DNA of 64,000 nucleotides from Eimeria praecox (GCA_963920595.1 OY986949.1:1178001-1242000); one strand, 5' to 3'; counted from the first letter of the stretch, positions 12,918-31,607 are shown. Notes: generated by a model from the letters alone, not told the origin. A program made the numbers and translations.

Positions 12918-13273
12918 ACAGCATCAGCAGCACCAGCATCAGCAGCACCAGCATCAGCAGCAGCAGCATCAGCAGCATCAGCAGCAACAGCAGCAGCAGC
13001 AGCAGCAGCACCATCATCAACAGCATCAGACAGACATACAGAGGCTTTCGGTTATTTAATTAGTTATGTGGTGTGTTGATGTTGTATGTTAGGTTTTCTG
13101 TCTCGCGTGTACAAATTTAATAAAGGATGGATGATATCAGGCAGATTCTTCTTACTTTCTATTGTGAGGAGACAGCAGCTGCTGCCTAGACGCCCTGCTG
13201 CTGCTGCATGGGATCCAGACACAGATAATTTAGAGGTGAGCCCTCCTGCTGCTGTTGCTGCTGCTGCTGTTGT

Positions 13274-13347
<74 letters not shown>

Positions 13348-13805
13348 CTGTTCGTGCTGCTGCTGCTGCTGGGGCTACTGCTGCTGCGATCCTGTTGCTG
13401 CGGCAAAGCTGAGGCACTTGCTGCCAACGGCAGCAGCAGCGGTAGCTGCTCTTGCTCTGCTGCAGCAGCAGCAGCAGCAGGAGCAGCAGGAGCAGCAGCA
13501 GCAACAGCAGCAGCAGCAACAGGGGCTTGCTTGTTGCTGTGGCGCAGGCTGCCATCGATTCCTTGGCTCTTCTTTGGAGAAGACCCTCCACCGCCGGCCC
13601 TCTAGCTGATCAGCAGCAGCAGCAGCAGCCGCAACTGGAGCAGCAGCAGCAGCAGCAGCAGCAGGTGCTTCCCTACCACCAGCAGGTGTTTCTTGAGGAG
13701 TTGGATGGCGCAGACACGCACTATCGTCAAGCCCTCGCAGAGCCGCTGCTTCGCGCTATACGTGAAAAGGCAGGCCCTATACTGGGCGCTAGGGTAGACA
13801 GCTAG
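10305..13805 (+). CDS. Hypothetical protein with signal peptide plus basic transit-like leader (candidate apicoplast or secretory protein), 6 exons: 10305-10996, 11353-11719, 12099-12437, 12667-12745, 13093-13235, 13548-13805
   Basis: Six non-repetitive coding blocks join via GT-AG introns with consistent phases (2,0,0,1,0). The N-terminus [30 protein letters not shown] is followed by an R/K/S-rich segment. No family was recognised. Confidence 0.65.
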
Positions 13806-14463
13806 CTAGCTAGCCATCTAGCTAGCTAGCTAGCTAGCTGGCTAGCTAGCCAGGTGTCTAGCTAGCTAGATGGCTAGCTAGGTGGCTAGCTAGGTGGTCA
13901 TATATGTAGCTAGTGAGATAGCTAGTTAGTCAAATAACTTGTCAGATAGCTAGATAGCTAGCTAGCCAGATAGTAGGCTAGTCAGCCCGATGGCTAGTCA
14001 GCTAGCTAGTCAGCTAGCTAGCTAGTCAGCTAGCTAGATAGTCAGCTAGATAGCTAGTCAGCTAGCTAGTTACCTAGATATCTACTCAGCTAGCTAGCGA
14101 GTCAGCTAGCTAGCTAGTCAGCTAGCTAGCTAGCTAGCTAGCTTGAGGGCTGACGGGAGGGAAGCCAGGCCGTCGGCTTCCCTTTATTTGTTTTGGCTGC
14201 CGTTGCTGCTGCACTGCAGCTCGAGGCAGAGGGTTTCTAATCACAACTGCTGAAGACTTCTAGGGTTTAGGGTTTAGGGTTTAGGGTTTGTGAGAGAGTC
14301 AAGAGGAGAAGGGCTCCCCAGCCTCGTTCGAGGCTTGGCTAGCCAGCTAGCGAAGCCTCCAAACCCTTAGATATGCTGTGCGGCTAGCTAGCTAGCTAGC
14401 TAGCCACACAGATAGCTGCCTTGCTAGCTGACTAGCTAGCTGGCCGTCTTGCTAGCTGACTAG

Positions 14464-19491
<5,028 letters not shown>

Positions 19492-20077
19492 CGCGCAGTT
19501 TCCCGGGCTCGGGTACAGCCCTGTGTGACAGCCATCCAGCTACAAGAAATGCAGCTTGGCCTCCTGAAGGTATTTGTAGGAAGGAAGGAAGAAGGAGGAT
19601 GCTTAGGGGCTGTCTCTATCAGCAGATGCTGCACGTAGGATGGCCAGGCGTGCTCTGGGGGTGTTGGGGTCGTTAGAGGGGTAGTAGTAATGTGTTTGTT
19701 TATGAATGGATTCTCCAGACATTATTACTCTAAATATAACACGATTTATTACAATTAAGCTTTTTTTTAATACACACATTCATAAAATAGATATGCAGCA
19801 TGGGGGGCTACAGAAAGAGCTGCACTAGCAGGATCTGAAGTTGCAAGAAGGCTGCAGGCCAGGCACGGGGCCCCTGACGGCTCCTGTGGACCACCGGTGT
19901 TTTCTCTGCGTTTTCTGAGCATTTGTTTTTCATTAATTGGCAAAACTAAGCTATTTGAAGCAAATACAATTCAAGTTTCCTCTGTCGGAAAGGCGGCATA
20001 CAGGTCCTATAACTCTCGGCGGTTTCTCGCGTGCTCTCTCGCTCGACTGCTGCGTGTATCTGTGAACACGAAGAATA

Positions 20078-21060
20078 ATGCTGACTCCAAGTGATAAAGC
20101 AAAGAAAGCAGCCGTGAGATGAATTAATTTACTAATGATAGCCTCTTTGTTGCTTTATCCGTTCATGCGCTTTCGAAGCTGCACATACACCGCAAACTGG
20201 AACCGATGCGAAGTCGAACGCCTCCTAATTTTGTTCTTTAATACATGTGGCTTTTCGCTCTAAAAGCCGTAACGCTGGATTGTTTTTGTTTATTTTGTCT
20301 CAATTTTCTTCTATTTGCCTCCGTTTGTTTAGAGAGCGTTTCATTTTTGCGCAGCAGCAGCACGCTGTGCACGCTGTCGTGCCGTTCAATGTTGAATGAA
20401 GAAGAAGCTGGCTTACTTCTACGGTTTTTTTCTGTTTTTTTCATCATGACTGGCTTTATTTGTATTTAATGATCATTTTGAGGCCATTATTTCCTAAGTT
20501 TCCCTCGGATTCGACGAAATCGCTGATGCGCTTTCAGCGTGCGTATGCTTCTGAACCCGCAGGCCACAGAGGCGGTAAACACCTGCGTTCAATCCGGTAT
20601 GAGGGTAGGACTAGGTACAGGATCTACAGCTTCTTTTGCAGTGCGGCGGCTGGGGGAGAGGATTCAGCAGGGGGAGTTGACAGGCATCAGCTGCGCCTCG
20701 ACGAGTGAAGAAACACGAATGTTGGTAGGAAACTGCTTCCTAGGTGACTCCTTTCCTGTTGTACCTGCAACAGCAACAGTTTTAGCAACAGCAGCAGCAG
20801 CAGCAGCAGCAGCAACATATAGCTTCTGCTACGTAGTTGAGGACAGCAGCAGGAGGCCGTGCATGCGTGAGGTGTCTGTACAGGCAGAATCTCTTGGCAT
20901 TTCTGTGTTTCCTTTGGACGAAATATCTCTTCCTCTTGATGTTGCAATTGACGGAGCTGACGAAGTTCTGAAGACAGATTCAGGGTAAGATGATGCAGCA
21001 GCAGAATAACTGCTTCGTTAAACACGCGCAAAACGCTCTCAAGGACACCTGCTGCTCCAC

Positions 21061-21091
<31 letters not shown>

Positions 21092-22179
21092 TGCTGCTGT
21101 TGCTGCTGCTGTTGCTGCTGCAGTTTGGTGCTGATAAAAGGGCGCGGCGGTGCTCTGATGCGGGAGAAGCTGGTGGAGGTGAACAGCAAGAGGTTTGTTT
21201 GTGTAAGTCTTCTGCATGCATATACATGTATACCTTAATGTATTTAGTTGCTATCACTTACTGTTTCGTTTCTTTTGGAGTGTAGTATGATTGAGGGTGG
21301 TGGGGGCTCTTAAGCTGATCTGAGGTGTATGTTGATTTGCGGTGTATGTTGAACTCTATTGCTGCTGCAGATTGTTGATGAAGATAAAGTAATACACCAC
21401 AGTGCATTTGGCACTACAGGGGCTCTGCCTCTAGAGATAGTACAGTACGGAGCTCAGGCAACGAGAAGGGCTGTGCTTGCTGCTGTTGTTGATGCTTTAG
21501 GGGAGGGGGGCCCCCAGGGGGGCCCCCATGGGGGCCCCCCTGAAGACCCTGAAAGAGCAGCAGAAGAATTAGGTGTATCTGCGGTGTACAGACACCGCAA
21601 AGACAGCAAGGAATTATTTGTGACCGACAACGGCAATTTGTGTCTTGATCTGTTCTTCAAAAAAGCAATTAAGAACCCCCACAAGTTACACCAGAAACTC
21701 ATCAATGTAAACCCTAAACCCTAAACCCTAAACCCTAAACCCTAAACCCTAAATTCTAGATCCTAAATCCTAGTCAGCCAACAGCAGCGTCTCCTCTCTT
21801 CTTCGTGCTGCCGCCCTCCCTGTACTTGCTGCGCCATCTGCAGCATCTTCTGCTGTTGCTGTTGCTGCTGTTGCTGCTGCTGCTGCAGTTGCTGGTTGGC
21901 CCTTCATATCCGTGTGGGTTTGTATACGGGGGTTTTGTGTGTGTGTGTGTGTGTTTTATTATCTATCGACTGTCTATCCTCCACTGCATGCATGCAAACA
22001 ATAAATGAATAAATGAGGTGTACGTACACCCCAGCTCTCTCTCCTCCTCGTATCTTTTTCTTTGTCTGTCTGTTCTTCAGGTTGTAGGGGTCGTAGAGAC
22101 TGGCCTGTTTATTGGCCTCACAGATTTCTGTATTGTAGGCCATCCTTCGGGCAACACCACACAGCTGACGCTCTCATAA
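20078..22179 (+). CDS. RPIA: Ribose-5-phosphate isomerase A, 6 exons: 20078-20113, 20563-20724, 20884-20984, 21124-21202, 21371-21706, 22081-22179
   Basis: The RpiA motifs GLGTGST, DVAIDGADEV, LIKGRGGALMREK, LPLEIV, FVTDNGN and GVVETGLF are recovered in frame across GT-AG introns. Confidence 0.96.
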
Positions 22180-22185
22180 GTCTTA

Positions 22186-22552
22186 TCAGCTAGCTAGCTA
22201 GCTAGCCAACTAGCTAGCTAGCTGGCTGGCTCCGCAGCTAATTAGTTAGCTATCTATCCAGCTAGCTAGCTAGCCGACCAGCTAGCTAGCTAGCTAGCTA
22301 GCTAGCTATATGGCCAGCTAGCTAGCTCGCTAGCTGGCCCGTCTAGTCAGCTAGCCATCTTCTCATTTAGCTGGCGAAGAGCTAGCTGCCCAGGTAAAAT
22401 CCCAGCTAGCAATCTCTCCATCTAGCTAGCTAGCTAACTAGCTAGCCAGCTAGCTAGCTAGCTACCCACCCAGCTAGCTAGCCAGCCAGCTAGCTAGCTA
22501 CCCACCCAGCTAGCTAGCCAGCTAGCTAGCTAGCTAGCTAGCTAGCTAGCTA
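22186..22552. repeat. (TAGC)n array starting immediately after the RPIA stop codon
   Basis: Read directly in the sequence. Confidence 0.9.
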
Positions 22553-23025
22553 ACTGGGCCCTGTTGACAGGCTCAGTTGGCCCATGGATATGTTTGGCCT
22601 TCAAAGAATACAATAATAAGTGCTGCAGCAACTTGTATGAGTCTGCAGCTTCTAAGTTATTTGTCTTCGTCTTTCTTTAGAATTGATGTTTGATTGGCTC
22701 TGTTTGCTTGTTTAATTTAGTAGAATATAATTTAAATATATTTTATAGTACAGCGTAATAGAGTAAGGTATAGTAAGATATAATATAATACAACAGCAGC
22801 AGCTGTTGCTGCTGCTGCTGCCGTGTGGCTGTTCGTACAAGCAGCAACAGCAGCTGCAGCAGCTGTGCCGCTGTTCGTAGAAGCAGCAGCTACAGCAGCT
22901 GCTGCTGCTGCTGCAGCTGTATGGCTGTGAGTGTGGGGGGCAGCAGCAGCAGCCGTTAGAAAGACAGTGCAGCAGGCAGCACAGCCACAGCTAATTCTAT
23001 TGTTGCTGCTTCGCCTCCTCAACGC

Positions 23026-23061
<36 letters not shown>

Positions 23062-23091
23062 ACAGCAGCAGCAACAGAGAAGCAGCAATCA

Positions 23092-23378
23092 TCAGCCAGA
23101 GAGAGCGGGGGCCCCCAGCGTCTGCAGCAGCGCTCGTACGGCCTGCTGGGTCTCGCAGCAATCCCTTACCTTATCTGCTGCTGCTGCTGCTGCTGTTGCT
23201 GCTGCTGTTGCTGCAGTACCTTCTTCTGCTGCTTCTGTTGCTGCCGTTGATTGCTTGCAGCAGCAGCGTGTAGCCTTCTTGTCTGCCTCTGTTGCTGCTG
23301 CTGCTGCAGGGCCCTCCTTTGCTGTATCTGCATCTGCTGTTGCTGCTGCTGCAGGGGACTCCTCTGCTGCTGCTGCTT

Positions 23379-23419
<41 letters not shown>

Positions 23420-23991
23420 GGGGGGTCTTCTGCTGCTGCAGCAGCAGGGACGACAGGTGCATGGATAGCTGCGAGAGACCTTTCAAATGAAGAAGCAATC
23501 TGCTGCAGCTCGTGCTGCAGCAGCAGACGTGCTCCTTTTGCTGTTGCATGCAGCCCCGCGAGGAATGTAAGAAAACCTGCGGTTAGAGACACTCGATGGG
23601 CGATGCTGCAGCAGAAGGATGAGCCATCATCATCATCATCAACAGCAGCAGCAGCAGCAGCAGCAGCAGGAGCAGCAGCAGCAGGAGGAGGAGGTGTTTC
23701 TGGTGGTAGTGGTGCTGCTGTCGGTGGTGTTGCTGCTTGAGGACCGAGACAACTCCGTGTCTGACAGCAGCAGCAGCAGCAGCTGCTGCAGCGCGAAGCA
23801 GCAAGCATGCATAGATGCGATGCTAGAGCTTGAAGCAGCTGCAGCAGCAACGACGGATCAATATCTACACAGAAGAGGCGTTGAAGTCCTTCTTGTGGCT
23901 GCTGCAGCAGCCAGCTGCGCATACACCTCAGACAACACAAGATAAACTAGATTGTTTTGCTGCTGCTCCTGTTGCTGCTGTTGCTGCTGCC

Positions 23992-24022
<31 letters not shown>

Positions 24023-24223
24023 GTGTTGTGTGCATGTGATACGAAATCTACACTTCTCTATCTTATTGCTGCTGCTGCTGCTGCTGTTGCTGCTGCTAAG
24101 AGGAAGGGAGAGGGGCTGTCTATACACCTGCATTGCTGATCGCGGTCTGCCTCTCTCGCTTCCCACTGTTTCTTTAGTTGTGCCTGACTACGCAGCGGTG
24201 CTGCAGCAGCGGCTCCTGTTCCC

Positions 24224-24263
<40 letters not shown>

Positions 24264-24543
24264 TGCTGCTGTTGCTGTTAGCAGCAGCAGCAGTTGTAGC
24301 AAGTAAGTGGGGGGGCATACTTGCATGCGGGTTCAGGTGTCTCTGCACCTGTCTATTCATATCTTGTTTAGATAATGGTTTTAGATGGCAGCCATCTACG
24401 AGTGCTCTAAACTCTTTATAATTAGAAGCAGATAATATCGCTCTCTTCTTTGTTTCATCTTCTTCTCTTCTCTTCTTATCTGCTGCTGCTGCAGCACCAA
24501 TCTGATGTCGAAAGACTCTCTCTAGATGCGCCTCTAGTGGCAT
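23092..24543 (-). CDS. CCDC103: CCDC103 (DNAAF19)-like dynein arm attachment factor, 2 exons: 24128-24543, 23092-23914
   Basis: The N-terminal AAAADKKRREEDETKKRAILSASNYKEFRALVDGCHLKPL matches the dynein-attachment N domain (AD.KY.REN.AK.RA.....SYEEF...V...HLKPL). It is followed by an RPAP3_C-like segment, PLRSQAQLKKQW...WLLQQPQEGLQRLFCVDIDPSLLLQLLQAL. This fits an organism with flagellated microgametes. Confidence 0.82.
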
Positions 24544-24685
24544 TGTACATACACCCCAAATATATATTTATCTTAAAAGAAAGAGAAAGAGAGAGAGAGA
24601 GATAATATCTTCTGAACATGCAATAAAACTAAATCCTCCTACCTACAATAACAATTAAACTCCCCCGTTGCTGCTACTGCTACTG

Positions 24686-24719
<34 letters not shown>

Positions 24720-24950
24720 CTACTGTCTACTCTGTTTCTTTGTCTACAAACTATTATTCGCTGTCTAAAGAGATCTACCTCCAGTAACAGCAGCAGCAGC
24801 AGCAGCACTTGGCTGCTGCTGTTGGCTTCAGGAGCAGCAGGTTAGTGTGTGTGTGTGTGTGTTTCGAGACGTTTATAGCATGAGGTGTATCTACAGCTGC
24901 ACTCTGACGATTGTTGCTCAGAGCTGCAGCAGCAGCAGCAAGAAGCGCAA

Positions 24951-24983
<33 letters not shown>

Positions 24984-25329
24984 AGGAGAGACTGCTGAGG
25001 CCGTTCTGTAAGTGCAGACCCCAAAGCTATTCTTAAACTGCATGCAGCAACAAACAAAACCAAAAAAAACAACACAAGAATTCTCCTCTGTCTCTACAAA
25101 TCTACAGCAACAGCAGCAACAGCAGCAGCAACAGCAGCAGCAGCAGCTGCTGCTGCTGCTGCTGCTGCTTGTAGACAGACGCTCGCAGGGGGGTTGCTGC
25201 TGTAGGCGTTGAGGGCTTATCCTCTGTTTGGCGTTTATAAAAAGGAGAGAAAAGTATTTAATAATTACAAACAATTTATTATTTTTTTATTTATACTTTA
25301 TTTCAATTCTTTTGCTTACACAGAGAGCT

Positions 25330-25429
<100 letters not shown>

Positions 25430-25442
25430 GCCCCCTCCCAAC

Positions 25443-25514
25443 GCGTTAGTAGTCCAACGGTTAGGATACCTGCCTTCCAAGCAGGCGACCCGGGTTCGAC
25501 TCCCGGCTGACGCA
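25443..25514 (+). tRNA. tRNA-Gly (anticodon UCC)
   Basis: GCGTTAGTAGTCCAACGGTTAGGATACCTGCCTTCCAAGCAGGCGACCCGGGTTCGACTCCCGGCTGACGCA has acceptor stem GCGTTAG/CTGACGC, anticodon stem CCTGC/GCAGG with loop CTTCCAA, and T loop GGTTCGA. It is followed by TTTTTT. Confidence 0.96.
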
Positions 25515-26353
25515 TTTTTTAATTTATTTTCCTTGCTACTATATGAACACATTTATATCTATAACACATTATATTATAATACTATTTATTAATCTATTTA
25601 TTTATTATTGTATTAATATATCTATGTGTGTGCATTACACGAAGGAGGCGGCTGCAGTGTTTCTGATCTAGCAGCAACAACCCTATAAACACAAACACAG
25701 ACAGAAGATTTGTTCTAATAAACAAAACAAAACAAACAAAATACTCGTTAATAATAAATAAATAATAAATAAATAACAAATAAATAACAAATAAATAACA
25801 AATAAATAACAAACAAACGAGCTAAACAACCTACAACAGAAGCTGACCTCCGCTGCCTGCTTCTCCTATGTGTCTTCTGCTGCTGCTGCTGCTGTTGCTG
25901 CTGCTGTTGCTGCTGCTGCTGTTGCTGCTGCTGCATAGGGGAGCAAGCAGACTAGAGGGCTAACAGCAGCACAGAGCGGGGCTGCATGCACTGACACGGC
26001 ATCCCACAGCGAGCACGGCCTTGCCGCAAACAGCAGCAGCAGCAACCAACAGCAGCAGCAGCAGCAGGGAACAGCAGCAGCAGCACACAGTAGCATACTG
26101 CAGCAGCGGGTTAATAGCGACACAGGAGAGACAGAGAGAGACAGCAAAGTTAAGTGCTGCAGCCCTTCATTTATTATTATTACTTAATAATATTATTATT
26201 ATTATTATTATTAATAATAATAATAATAAATATTAATAAATAACAATAATAGTAAATAATAATAATATTAATAATATTAGTAATAATCTTTACGCTATTC
26301 AAAGAGGAGACAGTAGCTGTCTTCAGTTATTTTTCTGTGTTTTTGCGTGTCTT

Positions 26354-26395
<42 letters not shown>

Positions 26396-26524
26396 TATAC
26401 AATAATATATATCTACACTATATATATAAAATAATAAATAATAATGATAATAATAATAAAGAGCCGTTTTTATAAACATTACTAATATTATAACAAGTAT
26501 TATTATTAATGTTTTTATTTATTT

Positions 26525-26810
26525 ATTGTATATATTGTTTATAATATATTTATTATTTATTTATTAATTGTATATATTGTTTATAATATATTTATTATTT
26601 ATTTATTAATTGTATATATTGTTTATAATATATTTATTATTTATTTATTTATTGTATATATTGTTTATAATATATTTATTATTTATTTATTAATTGTATA
26701 TATTGTTTATAATATATTTATTATTTTTTTATTAATTGTATATATTGTTTATAATATATTTATTATTTATTTATTAATTGTATATATTGTTTATAATATA
26801 TTTATTATTT
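26525..26810. repeat. 42-bp AT-rich minisatellite, about 7 copies
   Basis: The unit ATTGTATATATTGTTTATAATATATTTATTATTTATTTATTA recurs at 26525, 26567, 26609 and onward. Confidence 0.9.
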
Positions 26811-26929
26811 ATGTCTTACAAACATATCTTTGTTTATATGTGTGCAGCATCGTGTCTTTGTGTATACAACTAATTTTACTAGTAATAATAAACAAAATAA
26901 TAGATAAATATATTAATACAAACATAAAT

Positions 26930-27243
26930 ACATGCATGCATGCACGCATGCATGCATGCATGCATGCATGCAAAGACACCATTATTCTTCTTCTGCAGCA
27001 GCAGCAGCAGCATTACTTGCTGATCATGCTACTACTACTGTTGCTGCCTCAGCATCTGTTACATGCATGCATGCAAAGACACCGCATGCATGCATACATG
27101 CAAAGACACCGCATGCATGCATGCATGCATGCATGCATGCATGCATGCAAAGACACCGCATGCATGCATGCATGCATGCATACATACAAAGACACCGCCT
27201 GCATGCATGCATGCATGCATGCATGCATGCATGCATGCATGCA
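26930..27243. repeat. (TGCA)n / TGCATGCA palindromic array punctuated by AAAGACACC(GC), directly 3' of the AsnRS stop
   Basis: Read directly. TGCATGCA is a well-known abundant apicomplexan motif. Confidence 0.92.
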
Positions 27244-27244
27244 A

Positions 27245-27712
27245 CTACAGGGGAGCATACTTAGGAGTTCTAGGGAAGGGTATAATATCTTTAATATTAT
27301 TTGCTGCAGTAATAAATTGTACTAATCGTTCTACACCTAAGCCAAAGCCTCCTCGAGGATGGCCCCCAAATAATCTAAGATCTCTATAGAAACGATAGCT
27401 GTCTGCTGGTATACCCTTCAACTTCATAGACCTGCAGCAGCAGCAGCAACAGCAGCAGCAGCAACAGCAGCAGTAGTAGTAGTAGTAAGAAGAAGAGGAG
27501 GAGAAGGAACAGCAGCAGCAGCAGCAGCAGGAGTTAGTGTAGCAGCAAATGCTGAGGCAGCAACAGCAGCAGCAATATGATCAGCTATTGCTGCTGCTGC
27601 AGAATAACTGCAGCAGCAGCAGCAGCAGCAGCAACACGTTTTGAGATGCAAGCAGCAGCAACTGCAGCTACAAAGAGACAGAAATACAAACAACAAAAGA
27701 GACAGATGAAGA

Positions 27713-27770
<58 letters not shown>

Positions 27771-28268
27771 AGTGAGGCACAAAGACAAAGACAGAGACAA
27801 AGACAGAGACAAATAGAAAGAACACGAAGATAAAGAAGAGATAGAGAGAGAAGAGAGGAGACAGAGAGAGAAGAGAGGAGACAGAGACAGAGACAGATAG
27901 AACGGAGCGAGAAAGAATAAATAAAACAGAAAGAGATACAGAAGAAGAAGAGACAGAAGGTGAAGAGACAGAAGAAGAAGAGACAGCTAAAGAAGAAGAG
28001 ACAGAAGAAGAGACAGAAGAAGAGACAGAAGAAGAGACAGATACAGAAGAAGAGAGAAGAAGAGACAGAAGAAGAGACAGACACAGAAGGAGAGACAGAA
28101 GAAGAGACAGATAAAGAAGAAGAGACACATAAAGAAGAAGAGACAGGAGACAGTAGGGTTCATACTTGTCTAGCATATTAACTCTCTCTTCTCTCAAAGA
28201 TCCCCCAACAACTTCTCCAACATTTGGCAGCAAAATATCAAAAGAAGCAACCGTCCTGCCCTTGCTGC

Positions 28269-28366
<98 letters not shown>

Positions 28367-28445
28367 TCATCTGCTGCGTTTACGCGCATGTAGAAGGGTT
28401 TGAGGCTCTGTGGATGGTCTATAATAATCAGCCCTCTGGGGCTGC

Positions 28446-28496
<51 letters not shown>

Positions 28497-28503
28497 TGCT
28501 GCT

Positions 28504-28534
<31 letters not shown>

Positions 28535-28736
28535 TTCGCTACCTGCTGCAGCAGCAGCCTCTCTTCATCTGCACCTAGGTCCTCCCCCCAATTGATAGTA
28601 TGCCCCCCCGCCCTCAGCTGCTGCAACGCCTGCTCGTATGTTAATACTGCAAATGGCTGTGATGCCTGTACAGACACCGCAGAAACAGACAGCAGCAGAC
28701 ACACACTACTCATACACCTCATGCTGCTGCTGCTGC

Positions 28737-28768
<32 letters not shown>

Positions 28769-28799
28769 GTGCTGCTGTTGCTGCTGCTGCTGTTGCTGC

Positions 28800-28878
<79 letters not shown>

Positions 28879-28977
28879 ACTGCTGTTGCTGCTGCTGCTG
28901 CTTGAGCAATTATATACTTACGACCGCAGCAATGAGATCCAAGTGGGATTGCATGTCTTGTTCTTTCTTCCTTCTGC

Positions 28978-29010
<33 letters not shown>

Positions 29011-29184
29011 TGCTGTTGCTGCTGCTGTGAGCAGCAAGAATAGCTAGGTCTTCTCTACAGCGAACAGGTATCTGCTGCAGCACCTGCCGCAGCATATCCC
29101 CTGCTAGCTGCAGCAGCGCTGGCCTGCTGTAGAAAGCTGCTTCTACCTCCAGCATCCAAAACTCACACAGATGACGCTGGGTCT

Positions 29185-29228
<44 letters not shown>

Positions 29229-29615
29229 AGCAGCAGCAACAGCAGCAGCAGCAGCACACAGCAAAGCAGCAGCCACCGAGGTGTCTCATAGAATAGGAGA
29301 CAAAGCAGAAGCTGGAAGCAGCAGATTCGAGATGCTGCTGCTTCTATAATAAATGCAACTGCAGCAGCAGCAGCAGCAGCAACAGCAGCACCAACAACAG
29401 CAGCGGCAACGCCTTCACCAATATCAGAAGCAGCAGCAAAAGCATCAACAATAGCAGCAGCATCAACATAAGCAACAGCAGCAGCAACAGCAGCAGCAAC
29501 ACCATCAGCAGCAACAGCAGCAGCAACAGCAGCATCATCAACAGCAGCATCATCAGCATCACCATCAACAACAACAGCAGCATCACCACCACCAACAACA
29601 GCATCACCACCACCC

Positions 29616-29648
<33 letters not shown>

Positions 29649-29649
29649 A

Positions 29650-29699
<50 letters not shown>

Positions 29700-29830
29700 G
29701 TTGATTACATTAGAATACTCTGCTCTGAACGCAGGAGCAAGAGAATAGACAGAGCCTAAACCCCACGACAGACACTCGAGAGGGAGTTGTCCTGACACAC
29801 TTAAAAACATCCTCTTCCCCAACAATAACT

Positions 29831-29863
<33 letters not shown>

Positions 29864-29866
29864 TGC

Positions 29867-29901
<35 letters not shown>

Positions 29902-30039
29902 ATGGTGTCTGTTGGGGCGGAGACAGAGAACATGTCGCCTGCTGCCTCACAGTCAATACCTGTTAAGATAGGAGTCCTCACGCTTACAAAACCTGCAGAC
30001 TATGACAGCACACACATACACACAAACCAGCAGCAACAG

Positions 30040-30071
<32 letters not shown>

Positions 30072-30667
30072 GGAGCGGCAGACAGAGGCAGCAGCAACAG
30101 ATACACACACATACACATGCATACATACACACACAGGAGAGATAGAAACAACAGCAACAGAGACAGATATGTCTGCAGCTACTACTGCCTCCGTCTGCTG
30201 CAGCAGCATCCCGACAGCAGCAGCAGCAGCAGCAGCAGCACTAGCCCCACCCAAGGCAACAACAACAGCAACAGCAGCAGCAGCAACAGCAGCAACAACA
30301 GCATCAAGAGCAGCAGCAGCACTATCCCCACCCAAGACAACAGCAGCAGCAGCAACAACAACAGCAGCAGAAACAGCAACAGCAGCAGCAACAGCAGCAG
30401 CAAGAGCAGCAGCAAGAGCAGCAGCAAGAGCAGCAGCAAGAGCAGCAGCAAGAGCAGCAGCAACAACAGCAGCAGCAACAGCAGCAGCAGCAGCAGCATC
30501 ACTACCTCTAGGAAGGAAGTAAGACACTTCTCTGTCTCTGCTCTGATTCGTGCAACAGCAGCAAATAGTTTATCTCGTGAGCGAAACGCCACAACCTTCT
30601 GTCGCATAAACTCAGCTGAAGCCCCACGAGCAGGCAAGGGATATCGAGCAGCTCCTGCTCCTGCTGC

Positions 30668-30699
<32 letters not shown>

Positions 30700-31021
30700 G
30701 TTTTGCTGCTGTTGGTGGTGGTGGTGGTGCTGCTGCTGCTGGTGCTGCTGCTGCTGTTGCTGCTGCTGCTGTTTCATCAGAAGGAAGGGGATAGCTTGAG
30801 TCAGCGCCATGAAGCTCCCACGTCTTTATATATGCAGCATAGTCTGTGCTGCTGTTGCTGCTGCTGCTGTTGCTGCTGCTGTTGCTGCTGTTGCTGCTGC
30901 TGCTGCTGCAGGAGGGGAGTCTGAGTTCTACTTTGTGTTTTCTATGGCGGAGGAAGTAAACATCTCCTCTCAGACAAACCGAATCCCCTCGTCGCAGTCT
31001 CCGTGCTGCTGCTGCTGCTGT

Positions 31022-31053
<32 letters not shown>

Positions 31054-31195
31054 CAGCAGCAGCAGGGACAAGACACTGCAGCGGCTGTGAAGCTGAGCCG
31101 TCGGAGACATCAAGAAAGAGCAGAGACCCTGAAGCTGCCTCGCGTGCAGCTGCAACCCACCCGCACACAGTAGCATTCTCAAGCAGCAGCTGCTC

Positions 31196-31258
<63 letters not shown>

Positions 31259-31351
31259 TTCTACCTGCTCAGCGAGTGCTTGGATTTGACGTATTCGAAG
31301 ACGATTTTCGATCCAATGGGGCAGAGGGTCGTCAGCAACATGTGTTGCTGC

Positions 31352-31386
<35 letters not shown>

Positions 31387-31575
31387 TGGCTTCTGTCTCT
31401 GCTGTTGCTGGTGGTGGTGGTGGTGGTGCTGCTGCTGCTCTTGCAGTAGAAGCAGCAGCAACTGGCAGCCGCTGTTCCTTAGCAGCAAACGCGGAGACTA
31501 CACATGAGGGAGAAGAAGAAAGTAGAGAAGGAGACAGAGGAGGGGACAGACAGTATGCAGACACCCGGCTTCGAC

Positions 31576-31607
<32 letters not shown>

